DNA of 64,000 nucleotides from Naegleria gruberi (Eukaryota), in the NCBI GenBank assembly GCA_000004985.1, contig GG738848.1; one strand, written 5' to 3'. Within the stretch, counting starts at the first letter, position 1. Each line of letters starts with the position of its first letter. Below are positions 22,301 through 33,523 of the stretch, one piece after another. The notes beneath the pieces were generated by a model. That model made no database searches. It saw nothing but the letters and a program-made list of their open reading frames with translations, and had not been told where the DNA came from. The translations under genes and the position numbers were made by a program.

Positions 22301-22537
22301 ATTGAACCTCACTCTTTATTTACAACAAGATATTTATATGATATTTCAGATGAAATGAGACAGAATTATAGAACAAATCTTATTAATGTTTCTGTGCATG
22401 ATTTGTACTCTGTATGCAAAAAGTACTTGTTGAATCCAGACTTGTATCATGTTACCATTGTTGGAAATGAGCAAAAAATTGATACTGACTTGACGGATAG
22501 AAATGAGTGGGAAATTATCAAGATTAGTTCAAAATAA
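19317..22537 (+). CDS. Presequence protease PreP / pitrilysin-like M16C metalloprotease, about 1055 aa; join(19317..20792,20837..22537)
   Basis: Inverzincin motif [24 protein letters not shown] (HxxEH), plus ENIQSNLTFKGVVYNEMQG. A 44-nt intron (GTTAGT...GTTTAG). The size and two-half M16 organisation match PreP. Confidence 0.85.
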
Positions 22538-22696
22538 ACATTACCAAGTGAAAACACAATATTTTGATAATACCTCACATGTATTGACACAAGAGATCAG
22601 ATTCAAGCCAAAGAAAATGAAGTTCTCATTCTCGAAGTTGAGTTTGTATCTTTACAAATTTTACACTGTAGATTTCTGTATGAATGAGATAAGAGA

Positions 22697-23575
22697 TTAA
22701 CAACAGTAATACTCCTTCAGATTAACTAGTTCTGATCTTAGAATTAAGGAGTCTGCTGATGATATTTTGTTCATTCTAATATCAAGTCGAATTAAGTTTC
22801 TCATATTTTCATAAATTAATTTGGTTCCTTTTCCATTTAGTTTGTTTGCAGCCAAATTCAAACGTAATAGAGTTGCTGAATTAAAGAGATGTTGTGAGTT
22901 AGTATCTATTGAGGATTTTTGAGAATTTTGCACTAAATATTCTAAACCCTTCTCAGTAATTCGATTACTTCCCAAGTTGAGTAATGTTAAATTTGAAAAA
23001 TTGTAACTTTCCGAGATAGATTTCAAGCAAGAATCGTCTACTTGATTTCCTGATACATTCAGTTTCATTAATTTTTTAATTATTTCCCCTTCACTCAAGT
23101 AACGAACCCCCTCAAGTCCAATACCATTTTTGTAAACCTCCAAATGTGTTAAATTTGCTAAATGTTCACATTCTGTAATATATTTCATTCCTTCGTTTCC
23201 TATTTTGTTATCTCCCAAATTCAATGTTGTTAAATTCTTTAAAAACACATAATTAGACTCAATTAATTCCTTCAATCCACTCAAATAAATTCTTTTCACA
23301 TTAAAATACATAGAGACAGGAACCTGACATGCTTTCTCATACCAATCCTTGCTCACCAGAGTACAAGTTTGTATCAAGAAGCTCGACTCTATAAATTGCA
23401 TCATGTAAAATACTGTACCACTTGAAAAGAGTGAATAATCAACAATACAATTCCGATGTTGTTCAATCTCTTCACAATTTATCTTTCTCTTTTTTCCATC
23501 CATTAAATATTCATCATTATCATAATCAGGTATTTCAGCTGTTGTTGGTTGGCTTCGTTTTCCATTATTGAACAT
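22697..23575 (-). CDS. Leucine-rich repeat (RNI-like) protein
   Basis: Repeats of the form LTxLNLGxNxIGxEGxKYI, LTHLEVYKNGIGLEGVRYL, LTLLNLGSNRITEKGLEYL, LLRLNLAANKLNGKGTKLI. These are typical ribonuclease-inhibitor-type LRRs. Confidence 0.6.
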   Translation of the reverse strand: MFNNGKRSQPTTAEIPDYDNDEYLMDGKKRKINCEEIEQHRNCIVDYSLFSSGTVFYMMQFIESSFLIQTCTLVSKDWYEKACQVPVSMYFNVKRIYLSGLKELIESNYVFLKNLTTLNLGDNKIGNEGMKYITECEHLANLTHLEVYKNGIGLEGVRYLSEGEIIKKLMKLNVSGNQVDDSCLKSISESYNFSNLTLLNLGSNRITEKGLEYLVQNSQKSSIDTNSQHLFNSATLLRLNLAANKLNGKGTKLIYENMRNLIRLDIRMNKISSADSLILRSELVNLKEYYCC

Positions 23576-23602
23576 TTTTTAATAATTGGATTTTAAATTA
23601 AT

Positions 23603-24541
23603 TTATAAAAAGCAACCTAACCAAGAACCCTTATAGAAACCTTTCAATCCCTCTTGTTGATACATTTTCTTTACACAATCTGGGTAGCTGGAATAGGTTC
23701 TTCCTTGATCACCAATGTACCTGCTTAATGAGAGAGTGAATGGTGAAGTTGTGGCATCGAAAATGACACTCGTCGAAAGTTCCTCAATTGTTTCTAAAGA
23801 ATCAACTGTTTCATCATCCAAGAAATAATAATCATTTCCAATAACTGATTCAATTACGGAACGAATAGCAACAGATAAACCAAATTTGTAAACTTGTGTA
23901 CCAGCTTGTTGCAACATTGCCCAACCATAGCCACGATAGAGACCTTTAACTCCATTTTCAGAGTAAATTTGAACAGCAGTTTCAACAAATCCTCTTTGTT
24001 TCTTCATATCATCAAATCTCTTATGTCTGGCGAGAGAGGCAACTATTATAGGATGAGTCACAGCACTTGACAGCATATTATCAACAATTGATGAACCAAG
24101 CCTAATAGCCAAACTATTGCTAGAAGTCAAGGGCTGGAAAATGTGTTCTCTAACAGTTAATCCATAGATAAAACTTGCTCCAATTTGAAATACTGAAGGT
24201 AACCATTCCTTCTTTCCCAATAATCCAAGAATTCCTTCTTCGGAATAAACTTTAGATAATAAATCAAAAATTCCTCCATTATAAAAAGGCTTTCCAGTAC
24301 CATTATTTGAATATTCTTCATGAACATAATCCATAACCATTCTCTTCTCCGAAATTAAAAACAACATGGCGTAATAGGAGAAAGCAGAACCATTAAGAGC
24401 AAGCTTTGTATAATTGGAAGTCAAGAATGGAATGGATTGTAAACTTTCCATTGAATGATCGCGTTCCAAGCCTCCATCAAGGGTAATTTCATCAGGGTCA
24501 ACAAGAGCAAGACTTTTGTTCATTTTTTTTAAAATTAACAA
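23603..24541 (-). CDS. Divergent mitochondrial-carrier-like protein (possibly MTCH-like)
   Basis: Weak carrier-like repeats (GVKGLYRGYGWAMLQ; EGLKGFYKGSWLGCFL) and about 300 aa. Low similarity; the call is tentative. Confidence 0.3.
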   Translation of the reverse strand: MLILKKMNKSLALVDPDEITLDGGLERDHSMESLQSIPFLTSNYTKLALNGSAFSYYAMLFLISEKRMVMDYVHEEYSNNGTGKPFYNGGIFDLLSKVYSEEGILGLLGKKEWLPSVFQIGASFIYGLTVREHIFQPLTSSNSLAIRLGSSIVDNMLSSAVTHPIIVASLARHKRFDDMKKQRGFVETAVQIYSENGVKGLYRGYGWAMLQQAGTQVYKFGLSVAIRSVIESVIGNDYYFLDDETVDSLETIEELSTSVIFDATTSPFTLSLSRYIGDQGRTYSSYPDCVKKMYQQEGLKGFYKGSWLGCFL

Positions 24542-24745
24542 TCAAAATTTTCGAAATTGATGAGATTTAGGAAATTTTCGTTGCAAAATTTGAAACTTTT
24601 AACTCAAATCAATTTGATACGAAAATGGTCAACCTCATTCATTCTACTACAACAATGAATAAATATTTAAACTCAAGTTCACATGAGAACTTTGGACCAT
24701 CACAATCTTTGTAAACAAACATTTTCACTTAAACCCTGGAAAAAA

Positions 24746-27090
24746 ATGCCTCCAAAGACCTCCTCAAAAACAACCTCTTCTGATGATGTTGATGAAAGCA
24801 GTGATGTAACCACAAAAAAGACGGTAACAAAATCGACCACCACCAAAACAACAAGTACTTTTGTTAATAAGCCTTTCAAGGTACCTCTAAAATCACCACC
24901 AAAGACTGCAACTTCATCTTCAGCAACAACAATATCTGCTGCTTCATCTTCTTCATCTTCTACAAAGAGTGCTGCTAAAAGTAGTGTTACTGCAAAGGCT
25001 AAACCACTCTTTGAACAGTCCCAAATTTTAGCTCCGAGCGATCCATCTTTGGATGATTCTTTTACTTTTGATTCTCCATTGAAAAACAAGAAGAAGAATG
25101 TGGAAAAGGAAGATGATGAGGATAGTGATAATGATGTAAATGAAAAAAAGAGAAAATTGGAAAGCATTTCAAAAGCAAAGAAGGAAAGTGAAAAAGTAAA
25201 ACCCACTAAAAAATTGAAAGAATCATTGAGTACAGTTTCCGATGAAAAGAAACCCTTCTCTCACAAGGAAATTAAACCAAAATCATCAAACAAGACTTTT
25301 ATTATTGGTGTAAGTGGTGGAGACTTTGCTCAAAAATCAGAAGTTGTGAATATCATTGAAAAGGTAGGTTTGAGAATATATAACTCGTATAACGATCCTT
25401 TTCCTTCATTGAATTAGTTATCAAAAAATACAGAATACGAATATGTGGAAATTGGTAGTTCAAACTTTGAAAGTTATACTCATCTGGTTTGTCTTGATCC
25501 TAACCCAAAGAAAACCATCAAGTTAATTTATTCTATTGCTTTGAATGTTCCAATAATCAAATCATCTTGGTTATATGAGAGTGAAAAATGTAATTATTTT
25601 GTAAAGGAAAGTGATTTTTATTTCGCTCAATATATCAGATCAAGAAGTGAGGGAATTTTGAAAGGAAAAAGATGTTATATTTTAAGAGGAGAAGTGACAT
25701 TTCCATCACCAGAAATATGTGAAAGATTTATTGAACTAAGTGGAGGAGCTTGTGTGGAAGATATTACTCGAGCAAATATTATACTTTCAACAACAGGAGC
25801 AAAAGATTTTGATAATATCATTCCAAGACACACTTCCAGTATGCCCCTATTCCCAGTGGTAACTGTTCGTTGGTTAGTTGACTGTGTTGATAAACAACAA
25901 TATCAAGATCCAAATGAGTATAAGGTATGTGTTTTTAATAATATTTACATTGTGGATTTACAATTCGAAAGGATGATTACTTTTACAGTGAAGCTTGTGT
26001 TTTGAAAGAAAGAGTGCTTGCTGAAAAATCAGCTCGAAAGCATATTGGATGTTTGAGATTATTGACTGATATTACTTGTTCAGCTAATATTATCCCATTA
26101 TATGCAGACAAAAAAAGTATTGTACTGGGAAGAGCAGCTACAGATGTGGATTTCACTGTAGATACTGAAAACTCAAAGAAGAATCCTGTTATTTCTAGAA
26201 TGCACGCTAAAATTGTACAGTTCCAGCAAGAAAGTAACAGCCAAAGTAAGGAAACCATACTCAAGTGGAAGCTCATTGATTCTTCCTCGAATGGTACCTT
26301 TGTAAATAATGTTAAGGTTAAGGAAGCCGTTTTAGCTAATGGAGATATTATTTGTTTCGGTCATTCCAAGGCCTCAGTTAAAGTAGGAGAACAAATTCCA
26401 TTCGCAAATACCAAATGTAAATATGTGTTTGAGACTGAGGATATTGTTTCAAATGAAGAAGCCGAGAAGGAAAAGGAGAGATTAAGAAAAGAGAATGAAC
26501 TAATGAGATTGGAAATTAATGGTCTAAGAGATTACAAACAAAAATCAAGTATGGTAAACCATCAAAAAGAGAAGGAAATTATACGTCTGCAAGAATTACT
26601 TTCCAAAAATCAGAGAAAAGAAATTGTCGAATTTCCACTCTGTCACAAGCTTTATGTATTGGATACAAACGTTCTCGTTGAAAATATTTCAATCCTTGAG
26701 AATCTGTTAAAATCAGCCAATATTACATGCCTTATCCCATATACAGTTATGGTTGAGTTGGATAAATTAAAGACGAGAACAGGTTCAGTTGCCATTAAGG
26801 CAAGAGAAGCAACCAGATTCTTGGAGGAATGTTTCGAAAACAAGACTTATCCAAATTTGATGGGTCAACTTCCAAACCAACAACTGAAAGGTATTGAAGA
26901 TGGAGGTGTTTTTGTTTCATCTGCTGATGATAACATTATCAATTGTTGCCTCTATTTCAAAGATCACGTACTCAAACGAAAGGAAAAGAATCATGAATTA
27001 ATTCTTTTAACATTTGATAAGAATATGAGAGTTAAAGCAGGTCTCTTAAAGATTGTTTCTCCTTCAATTCTTCCATTCAACAATAATTGA
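24746..27090 (+). CDS. Tandem BRCT + FHA + coiled-coil + SMG6/Swt1-type PIN nuclease domain protein, about 747 aa; join(24746..25363,25418..25924,25972..27090)
   Basis: A K/S/T-rich N-terminus. BRCT 1: KTFIIGVSGGDF...YTHLVCLDPNPKKTIKLIYSIALNVPIIKSSWLYESEKC. BRCT 2: KGKRCYILRGEVTF...RANIILSTT...PVVTVRWLVDCV. FHA: IVLGRAATDVDFTVD...VISRMHAKIVQF...WKLIDSSSNGTFVNN. Coiled coil EKEKERLRKENELMRLEINGLR. PIN: LYVLDTNVLVEN...YTVMVELDKLK...DDNIINCCLYF...LLTFDKNMRVKA, matching SMG6 PIN VPDTN / ELDGL / DDLILSCCLHY / LLTDDRNLRVKA. The track ORFs 24683, 25445 and 26002 are joined by 54-nt and 47-nt introns in phase. Confidence 0.6.
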
Positions 27091-27183
27091 AGCTTGTTCA
27101 TGTATAATGGAATTGATTCTCCTCCAACATTTCGATAGAGAAGATTAAATAAAATCATAATTGATTGCAATATTACAAAAAAA

Positions 27184-28593
27184 ATGAGTGACAATGCTAG
27201 TAGTAATACTTCCACATCATCATCAGGTGCAGGAACAACAAATAATTCTTCAGTAGAAGAAGAAGAAGGTGGATCATCCCTCATCAAGAAACTTTTAGGT
27301 TTTATTTTTCTCTTTTATTTATCCTTCGGAATTATTAATCCTGTCAATATTGAACTCTTTGAAAAGATTAATTCTGTTGGAAGTGTTGATGGAAAACATT
27401 CCAAGCATACAGCTTCATTATTTGGTGCATTGTTTGCACTTCCTGGATTAATATTCTTCTTTGTGAGTCCGGTGATTGGAAATTTATCTGATCGATTGGG
27501 AAGAAAATTGTTCCTTACCTTGTTTACTTTTTGTTATACTTTAACATTTGGAATTTACTATTTATTGTGTCATGTTGTGACAAGTCCAGACGAAGAATTG
27601 AATGAAATTTTCATCTATGTCAAGTATAATGGATTGAAATTTTACATTGTTGCTAAAATTATTCAAGGATGCAGTTTGGATATTATTCCATTATGTAATT
27701 CCTATATTGCTGATAATTCTAAAAAGGAGGATTTTGCAACATACTTTTCATATATCTTGGCAGCTATGGGTTTGGCCACAGCCATTGGACCAATGGTGAG
27801 TGGATTTGTGGTGAAGAATTTTGGAATGACACAAGTATTTCAATTGATTTTTATCACTTCTAGTATTACAACATTGTTTGCTGCAAAGTTTGTTAAGGAG
27901 AATGCAAAGAATGACGCTATTCAACACCAAGAATCTTCACTCATCGAGAAGGTTACTACGCCATTCAAGTCTCTGTACAATATTCTTACTCAAGGAGATT
28001 CTGTTTTGATTTCATTGATAATTTCTAAATTGTTAAGCTCGTTTATTTCAGTTGGATTCTTTTGTATTGTTACACAATTTACAAGAATCAAATATTCATT
28101 TGGACCTACTGAAAATGGCTACGTCTTGACACTTATTGGAATAACTGCCATTCTTTCAAATTCCGTTCTATCCAAATTGATAATGTACCTCTCAAAAGGA
28201 AAGGAAACTAATGGATTGATTATATCAGGTGTAGCCAATGCCTTATTCTTCCTTTCTTTTGTGGTGTGTGGAAATGGCGCCTACGTATACTATGGAACTG
28301 TTTTCTTCCTGTTCGGTGCTAAAGAGGATCCACTCAGGTCTGCTCTCATTTCCAAGGTATTCAATGATCCAAATCAACAAGGAGTATTGAATGGATGTTT
28401 AGGATCTATTTCCACAGTTGGAAGAGTAATATCCCCAATCATCTTTTCATCATTGTTAGATATTTTCACAACGAGTGAAACCATGCCTCGTATTGTGGAT
28501 GCTCCATTCATTGCCTTGACAATTACACAAGTTATTTGTGTATTGTTTGTAGTGAGAGCAAAACACTTGATTGAAAAGAATAAGGGAGAATAA
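27184..28593 (+). CDS. Major facilitator superfamily transporter (HIAT1/MFSD14-like)
   Basis: 12 predicted TM segments. The MFS signature GNLSDRLGRK lies after TM2. 469 aa, single exon. Confidence 0.75.
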   Translation: MSDNASSNTSTSSSGAGTTNNSSVEEEEGGSSLIKKLLGFIFLFYLSFGIINPVNIELFEKINSVGSVDGKHSKHTASLFGALFALPGLIFFFVSPVIGNLSDRLGRKLFLTLFTFCYTLTFGIYYLLCHVVTSPDEELNEIFIYVKYNGLKFYIVAKIIQGCSLDIIPLCNSYIADNSKKEDFATYFSYILAAMGLATAIGPMVSGFVVKNFGMTQVFQLIFITSSITTLFAAKFVKENAKNDAIQHQESSLIEKVTTPFKSLYNILTQGDSVLISLIISKLLSSFISVGFFCIVTQFTRIKYSFGPTENGYVLTLIGITAILSNSVLSKLIMYLSKGKETNGLIISGVANALFFLSFVVCGNGAYVYYGTVFFLFGAKEDPLRSALISKVFNDPNQQGVLNGCLGSISTVGRVISPIIFSSLLDIFTTSETMPRIVDAPFIALTITQVICVLFVVRAKHLIEKNKGE

Positions 28594-29027
28594 TTTTTCC
28601 CTTCTTTGCCTCTTCGTTACAGCAACAACCTTTGGTTTTTGTCGTATATTCTTTACCTTAACTGTTGGAAATTACCATAAAAAACCCTGAAATGCTGTTT
28701 CTTCTCTTCTTTCAGTGTTTACTTGATCAATCAATGAACATGTATTGTAAGTTTCCAGAAGGTTGATTATCGTGGTTGATTGTGTGAAAAACTAAAGCTT
28801 CCATCCCCTTAATATAGATGCCCTCAGGTGCGACTGGATCCATATTGAGGTAAACCCAATATACGCACACGTAAACAACCAATAGAAGAGCCTACATTAT
28901 AATATTGAATAAACCGGGTGCGCACCTTAAAGAACAATGACACGGAGCTGATCCGTGTTAGGGAGTTGCTACAGAAACAGAGAAAACAACAAGTGTTGAG
29001 TTATATTGTTAATTCCTTAAAGAAAAA

Positions 29028-29909
29028 ATGGGTATTGTTGGATCAAGGTGCGGAAAGCATTACAAGATTCAGGCGAAAATATCGAGTGAAGTTGTGGAGA
29101 ATGGTCAAACGGTTCTATTCAATGTTTGCAATCGCACTGAACAACAACAACAAGAGGAAACACCAAATGGTGATGATCAATCTGTTACTCGCCATGCCAG
29201 CTCACAAGAATTTTCAGCAAATAGTAACAGCCAAAAACAACTGCTAAGAGGTTCATCATCAAGTTTATCATCAACCTCATCATCAGAATTATTAACATCG
29301 AACGGAACTGCAGAGAGCAGTGGAAATTTAAAATCAATTCTAGGTTCTAATAAGAGCTCACCCACTGCAAGACCATTACGTTCAGTTACCTTAATATTAG
29401 ATACAAAGGAAAAGGAAGAAATATTTGCATCATCAACAATAAGCAAACGTAAAAAAGGAAGAAGAAAAACTGATAAAGACAATGATCCAATAGAGGAAGA
29501 CTGCATAGATATTAGGGTTCTCTCAAGAAGAGCTTCTCTGCCCTCAATGGTGAGTTTTGAAGGTTCTCTCTCCACCACACCAGATAGAAAAGTAACAGGA
29601 AACTTCTTCTACAGTGTATTGGAGGCACCTTACTCACCAGCAGATAGTACCAAAACAGCTCCAACCCTATCAACTGTTTGTTTAGAATCTCCATCTATTA
29701 GAATCATTCCTCCATATGAAGATTTATTGGAATGTGATGTTTACCCATTGCCAAAGAAACATGCACTCAAAGATGAAAAAGCTAGAAAGTTGCAAGAAAA
29801 GAGATTAAATCCAGTCAAAACTTGGTCAAAGGATGAATTGAGAAAGTTAGCAAAGAAGACAAAGCGTGCTACTAATCCAATTGCAGAAGATTTAATGATT
29901 TACAAGTAG
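29028..29909 (+). CDS. Ser-rich hypothetical protein with an N-terminal MGxxxS myristoylation-type motif
   Basis: MGIVGSRCGK start, long Ser/Thr-rich low-complexity middle, KKGRRK basic patch. No recognisable catalytic domain. Confidence 0.4.
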   Translation: MGIVGSRCGKHYKIQAKISSEVVENGQTVLFNVCNRTEQQQQEETPNGDDQSVTRHASSQEFSANSNSQKQLLRGSSSSLSSTSSSELLTSNGTAESSGNLKSILGSNKSSPTARPLRSVTLILDTKEKEEIFASSTISKRKKGRRKTDKDNDPIEEDCIDIRVLSRRASLPSMVSFEGSLSTTPDRKVTGNFFYSVLEAPYSPADSTKTAPTLSTVCLESPSIRIIPPYEDLLECDVYPLPKKHALKDEKARKLQEKRLNPVKTWSKDELRKLAKKTKRATNPIAEDLMIYK

Positions 29910-29913
29910 AAGA

Positions 29914-31356
29914 TCATGATCTCTTTCTTTGTTTGTTTGGAGGAGAAGGTGTACCTGCCACTTCTTCATCACTTGCATTTGAAAGAACATGTCGTTGGGC
30001 AATCATTCCTTCACTGTCATCTTGAACACCATATTCATTGCTTCCACCATTACTTGAATTTGAACTGAAAGATTGGACAACACCCAATTGAATATATCTT
30101 TCATTTTCACCATTAATACCAAATGAAGCACATGGCATATCTTCATTAAGGAATTGATTATGAAGAGATTTTCCTGATGGATTAGATATAATCTCTGGTG
30201 TGACAAATCTATCTTGATTATCTATATATATGGATGATTCATCAAGGTGACTTCTCTTTCTCTTATTAATAGGGGTAGAGAATTGATCACCAGAAGAGAA
30301 ATTATCATCAACCATTTGATTGTCATTAACTTGTTGCTGTTGTTGACTAGCTCTTCTGGATGAAACTTGTTGGTTTGTAGTAATAGTTGAAGTTTCTGCA
30401 GTAGCCATTGTTTCATCATCTGAATCAATAGTTGCCATTAAAAATACAATTTCTACATCCTTTGCTTGTGATTCTGATCTTATTACAATTGGATCTCCTC
30501 TATTTCTTGTCATTGAAAAATGAATATTATATTCAGATAATTCACAAAATCCTATTAATGCCTTTAAATCTTTAAAACTAAAGGTCATTTCACTTTCTGC
30601 TTGAATTGTTTGTTCTGAACCTGGTACTGTTCCTGCAGGTGGGGTTGGTCTATTACTTGCATCATTTTGAACAAATGCCTGTTGAGCTACATTGAATGAT
30701 TCCAAATTTACAGTATCAATAGCAAGTGATGTTTGATTTCCATTTTGTTTTTCTCCCTTTTCAGCATATGATTTCATTTGAATATAGTATTGTGTAAATC
30801 TTCCATCAGTTTGTGATAAATTTGGTTGATTTTGTTGTGATGTAGTAATAACAACTCTCTTTCCCAAAAGAAAGGTAATATCACCAGCCAATTTACCAAA
30901 TGGTGATAATAAATTAGATAAATATGAAGAATTGACTTCAAATTCAAAATCTCTAGAGAGATCATGTTCTGGATTGACCACATCACATGGTGAACAATTA
31001 ATTTGATAAATCTTTTGTACTTGAGAAAGTCCAAACGAATCAAATATAACTTGACTATTATTCCTATCTAGTGTAATTTTCAATTGATCTAAATTAGCAG
31101 CATTCTTAAATACGTGAACAACATTCTTCAGAGTTAGCCTAACAATTTTCGGAGCAGTTTGTAAAAAGGAATATCTATCAAAAAACGAATGTAAAAATGT
31201 GAACCTAGCAAATGTTGATTTTGAAGCATTGACAGTAACAAAAGAAACCCTATCAGGTTTCATATCAAATATTACTTCCTCTCCGACTTTGGCCAAACAA
31301 TTTATCATGTTGGCAAATGTTTTAATATGTTGTCTATTCTTTAATCCAGCATCCAT
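29914..31356 (-). CDS. Rad9-like checkpoint clamp (9-1-1) subunit
   Basis: N-terminus MDAGLKNRQHIKTFANMINCLAKVGEEVIFDMKPDRVSFVTVNASKSTFARFTF aligns with the Rad9 start ([30 protein letters not shown]...LRTVNSSRSAYACFLF). It is PCNA-like in length, with an S/Q-rich C-terminal tail carrying a basic NLS (PNKQRKRS). Confidence 0.6.
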   Translation of the reverse strand: MDAGLKNRQHIKTFANMINCLAKVGEEVIFDMKPDRVSFVTVNASKSTFARFTFLHSFFDRYSFLQTAPKIVRLTLKNVVHVFKNAANLDQLKITLDRNNSQVIFDSFGLSQVQKIYQINCSPCDVVNPEHDLSRDFEFEVNSSYLSNLLSPFGKLAGDITFLLGKRVVITTSQQNQPNLSQTDGRFTQYYIQMKSYAEKGEKQNGNQTSLAIDTVNLESFNVAQQAFVQNDASNRPTPPAGTVPGSEQTIQAESEMTFSFKDLKALIGFCELSEYNIHFSMTRNRGDPIVIRSESQAKDVEIVFLMATIDSDDETMATAETSTITTNQQVSSRRASQQQQQVNDNQMVDDNFSSGDQFSTPINKRKRSHLDESSIYIDNQDRFVTPEIISNPSGKSLHNQFLNEDMPCASFGINGENERYIQLGVVQSFSSNSSNGGSNEYGVQDDSEGMIAQRHVLSNASDEEVAGTPSPPNKQRKRS

Positions 31357-31701
31357 TTTTATGTACAGCCTATACAATGATGATGTTCTATTGAAAGATC
31401 AACTTTAAAGTTGGTTATTGATTGTTGTATTTTTTTCAATTTTGTTTTTTATTAATAAACAGCAAGTTTTTGCATTCCACTCAATACAGGAAATTACAAC
31501 TTTCCACTAAAAACACGAAGAACAACTATCATGAGCGGGAAAAACTTAAAGGATGCATTCCTTATTCAAAACTTTAAGGAATTTGCTCACACCTCAACAA
31601 GTCACAACAATTTGAAGTGTCAAAACTCGAGCCGTTCAAGTAATCACTTTGAAAAGAACGTTTATAGAGATGAAAACACTTGAAAAAATCGTGCAGAAAA
31701 A

Positions 31702-33523
31702 ATGGCAGGAGCAGCAGCAGTTGGAGCCTCGTATTCGAAAAAGATTGCGTTTGTTTATATTTTCAATTTGATTGTAGGAGTGGGCGCTTTGGCTCTTCCG
31801 TATGCATTTCACAAGGCTGGTAGGTTTTTTAGAGGTGATTGAAAATTGGAATTTTATTGTGTTGTTTGATGATGGAAATGATGATAGGAATTATTTCGGG
31901 AGTGATGGTGCTTGCTTTGAATGCATTTATGGCTTTTATTTGTGTTACTTTTGTGATAGAGGTAATGTCCTCATCGAATTACATGTTGAAGAGAAATGAA
32001 GAAGGAAAACGATTGATTGATAATTCGACGTCTGTAAATCTTCCATTGGAGGAGCAGCAACCAACAAAGAAGAAGAAGAAAAAAGCAGAACAAATTTCAC
32101 CTGAATTGCAAACCTATCTCTCGAATCCTTTCTCTATCCTAGAAAGGTATGTAATTTTTATTGGATGAATTGTTAGTTAACTAACAACAATGTTATTTAT
32201 ATCGGAAAAGAACTGAGATTGGTAAAATGACAGAACAGTTTTTGGGAGTTATTGGAAAATCAATTTTCTATGTTGTTATTATTGTGTATTTATTTGGAGA
32301 TTTGGCAATTTATGCTGTTTCAGTACCAACATCTTTACTGAAGGTTACAGGACCTATGTTTGGATTGGATCCAAAATCAACTTATTATATTTATTTGGGA
32401 ATCTTCTCGTGTATTGTGGTTCCTTTCAGTTTCTTCAATTTCCAAAAGACTAAATATTTGCAGTACATGACACTTGCAACAAGAAATATTGCATTCTTCT
32501 TGATGATTTTGCTCAGTTTAATTTTCATTATTGAAGGAAATGGATCAACTAAGAATCTTCAATTCTTTAATTTTTCTATGGAAAGTTTTTCAAAGCTCTT
32601 TTCAATTTCAATTTATGCATTTATGTGTCACCACTCTCTTCCATCCATTATTTCTCCAATTCACGATAAGAGAAGATTAACAATCATGTTTGTGGTTGAC
32701 TTTGTAATGATTTTCTTTGCTTATGGTATGTAGATTTCATGAGTTGCATTTGAGATAACATTTTGATTAGTTTGCATGTGTTATGTAGCAGTTTTTGCTT
32801 TTGGAGAACAACCTTTTGAAACATGTTCAAACAGAATTCATGATGGACCACCATGTGAAATTCAAGCATTATTTACTTTGAATTTCACCACTTATCGTTA
32901 CACCTTAATTGCTGCCTTCTTGGCTCTCTTCCCAGTTTTCACACTCACCAGTAACTATCCTCTTATTGCCATTACCTTGAGAAATAATACTCAAATTTTG
33001 TTCGAAAAAGTCAAAATCATTCACGAGTGGAAATATAACTCATATCTCTTCTCTGCTCTTGCCTCAATTCCTCCAATCATCCTTGCTTTTGCCTATCAAA
33101 ATATTTCAACACTAGTCAGTTTTACTGGTGGTTTTGCTGGATTATTCATTCAGGTAAGTTAATCTTGAGAATATCTTAATAATTTTATTTACACACAATT
33201 AATAGTGCATTTTCCCAACTCTCCTTGCAGTATTTGCAAGAGTAAAAGTTATGAAAATGGAAGAGGAATTAGAAAATGAATCATCCTACTCAATCAATGC
33301 TGAAGAACCACCAGTTCAAACCAAATCAGAGGCCCTGAAGAAACTTGGTAAGAAGATTTTTGTTTTCCTTTTCACAACACCAAGAAGAATCCTCAAAAAT
33401 CCTCACACCAGTCCATTCTCTCAAGGTTATTGGGTTATTGGCATTTTGTTATTCTCTCTCTTTGCTCTCGTTGTTAACAGTTACTCTTTAATTAAGTGTG
33501 ACATTTTACAAGAATGTAAATAA
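31702..33523 (+). CDS. Amino acid/auxin permease-family (Aa_trans, SLC36/38-like) transporter; at least six exons
   Basis: IAFVYIFNLIVGVGALALPYAFHKAG (the Aa_trans N-terminal signature), then a series of TM-rich exons (32227-32733, 32776-33162, 33251-33523) joined by GTAAGT/GTATGT introns. Confidence 0.6.

Noticed and set aside
24683-27090. Three separate genes (track ORFs 24683, 25445, 26002)
   Set aside because: They are joined in phase by two short introns (GTAGGT...AATTAG and GTATGT...CGAAAG). Together they form one coherent BRCT-BRCT-FHA-PIN protein. The track starts are TTG/GTG artefacts.
28594-29027. snRNA/snoRNA gene in the GC-richer intergenic island
   Set aside because: I found no match to the U1/U2/U4/U5/U6 conserved boxes, and no convincing C/D (UGAUGA...CUGA) or H/ACA arrangement. 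It is kept only as a low-interest structural observation.
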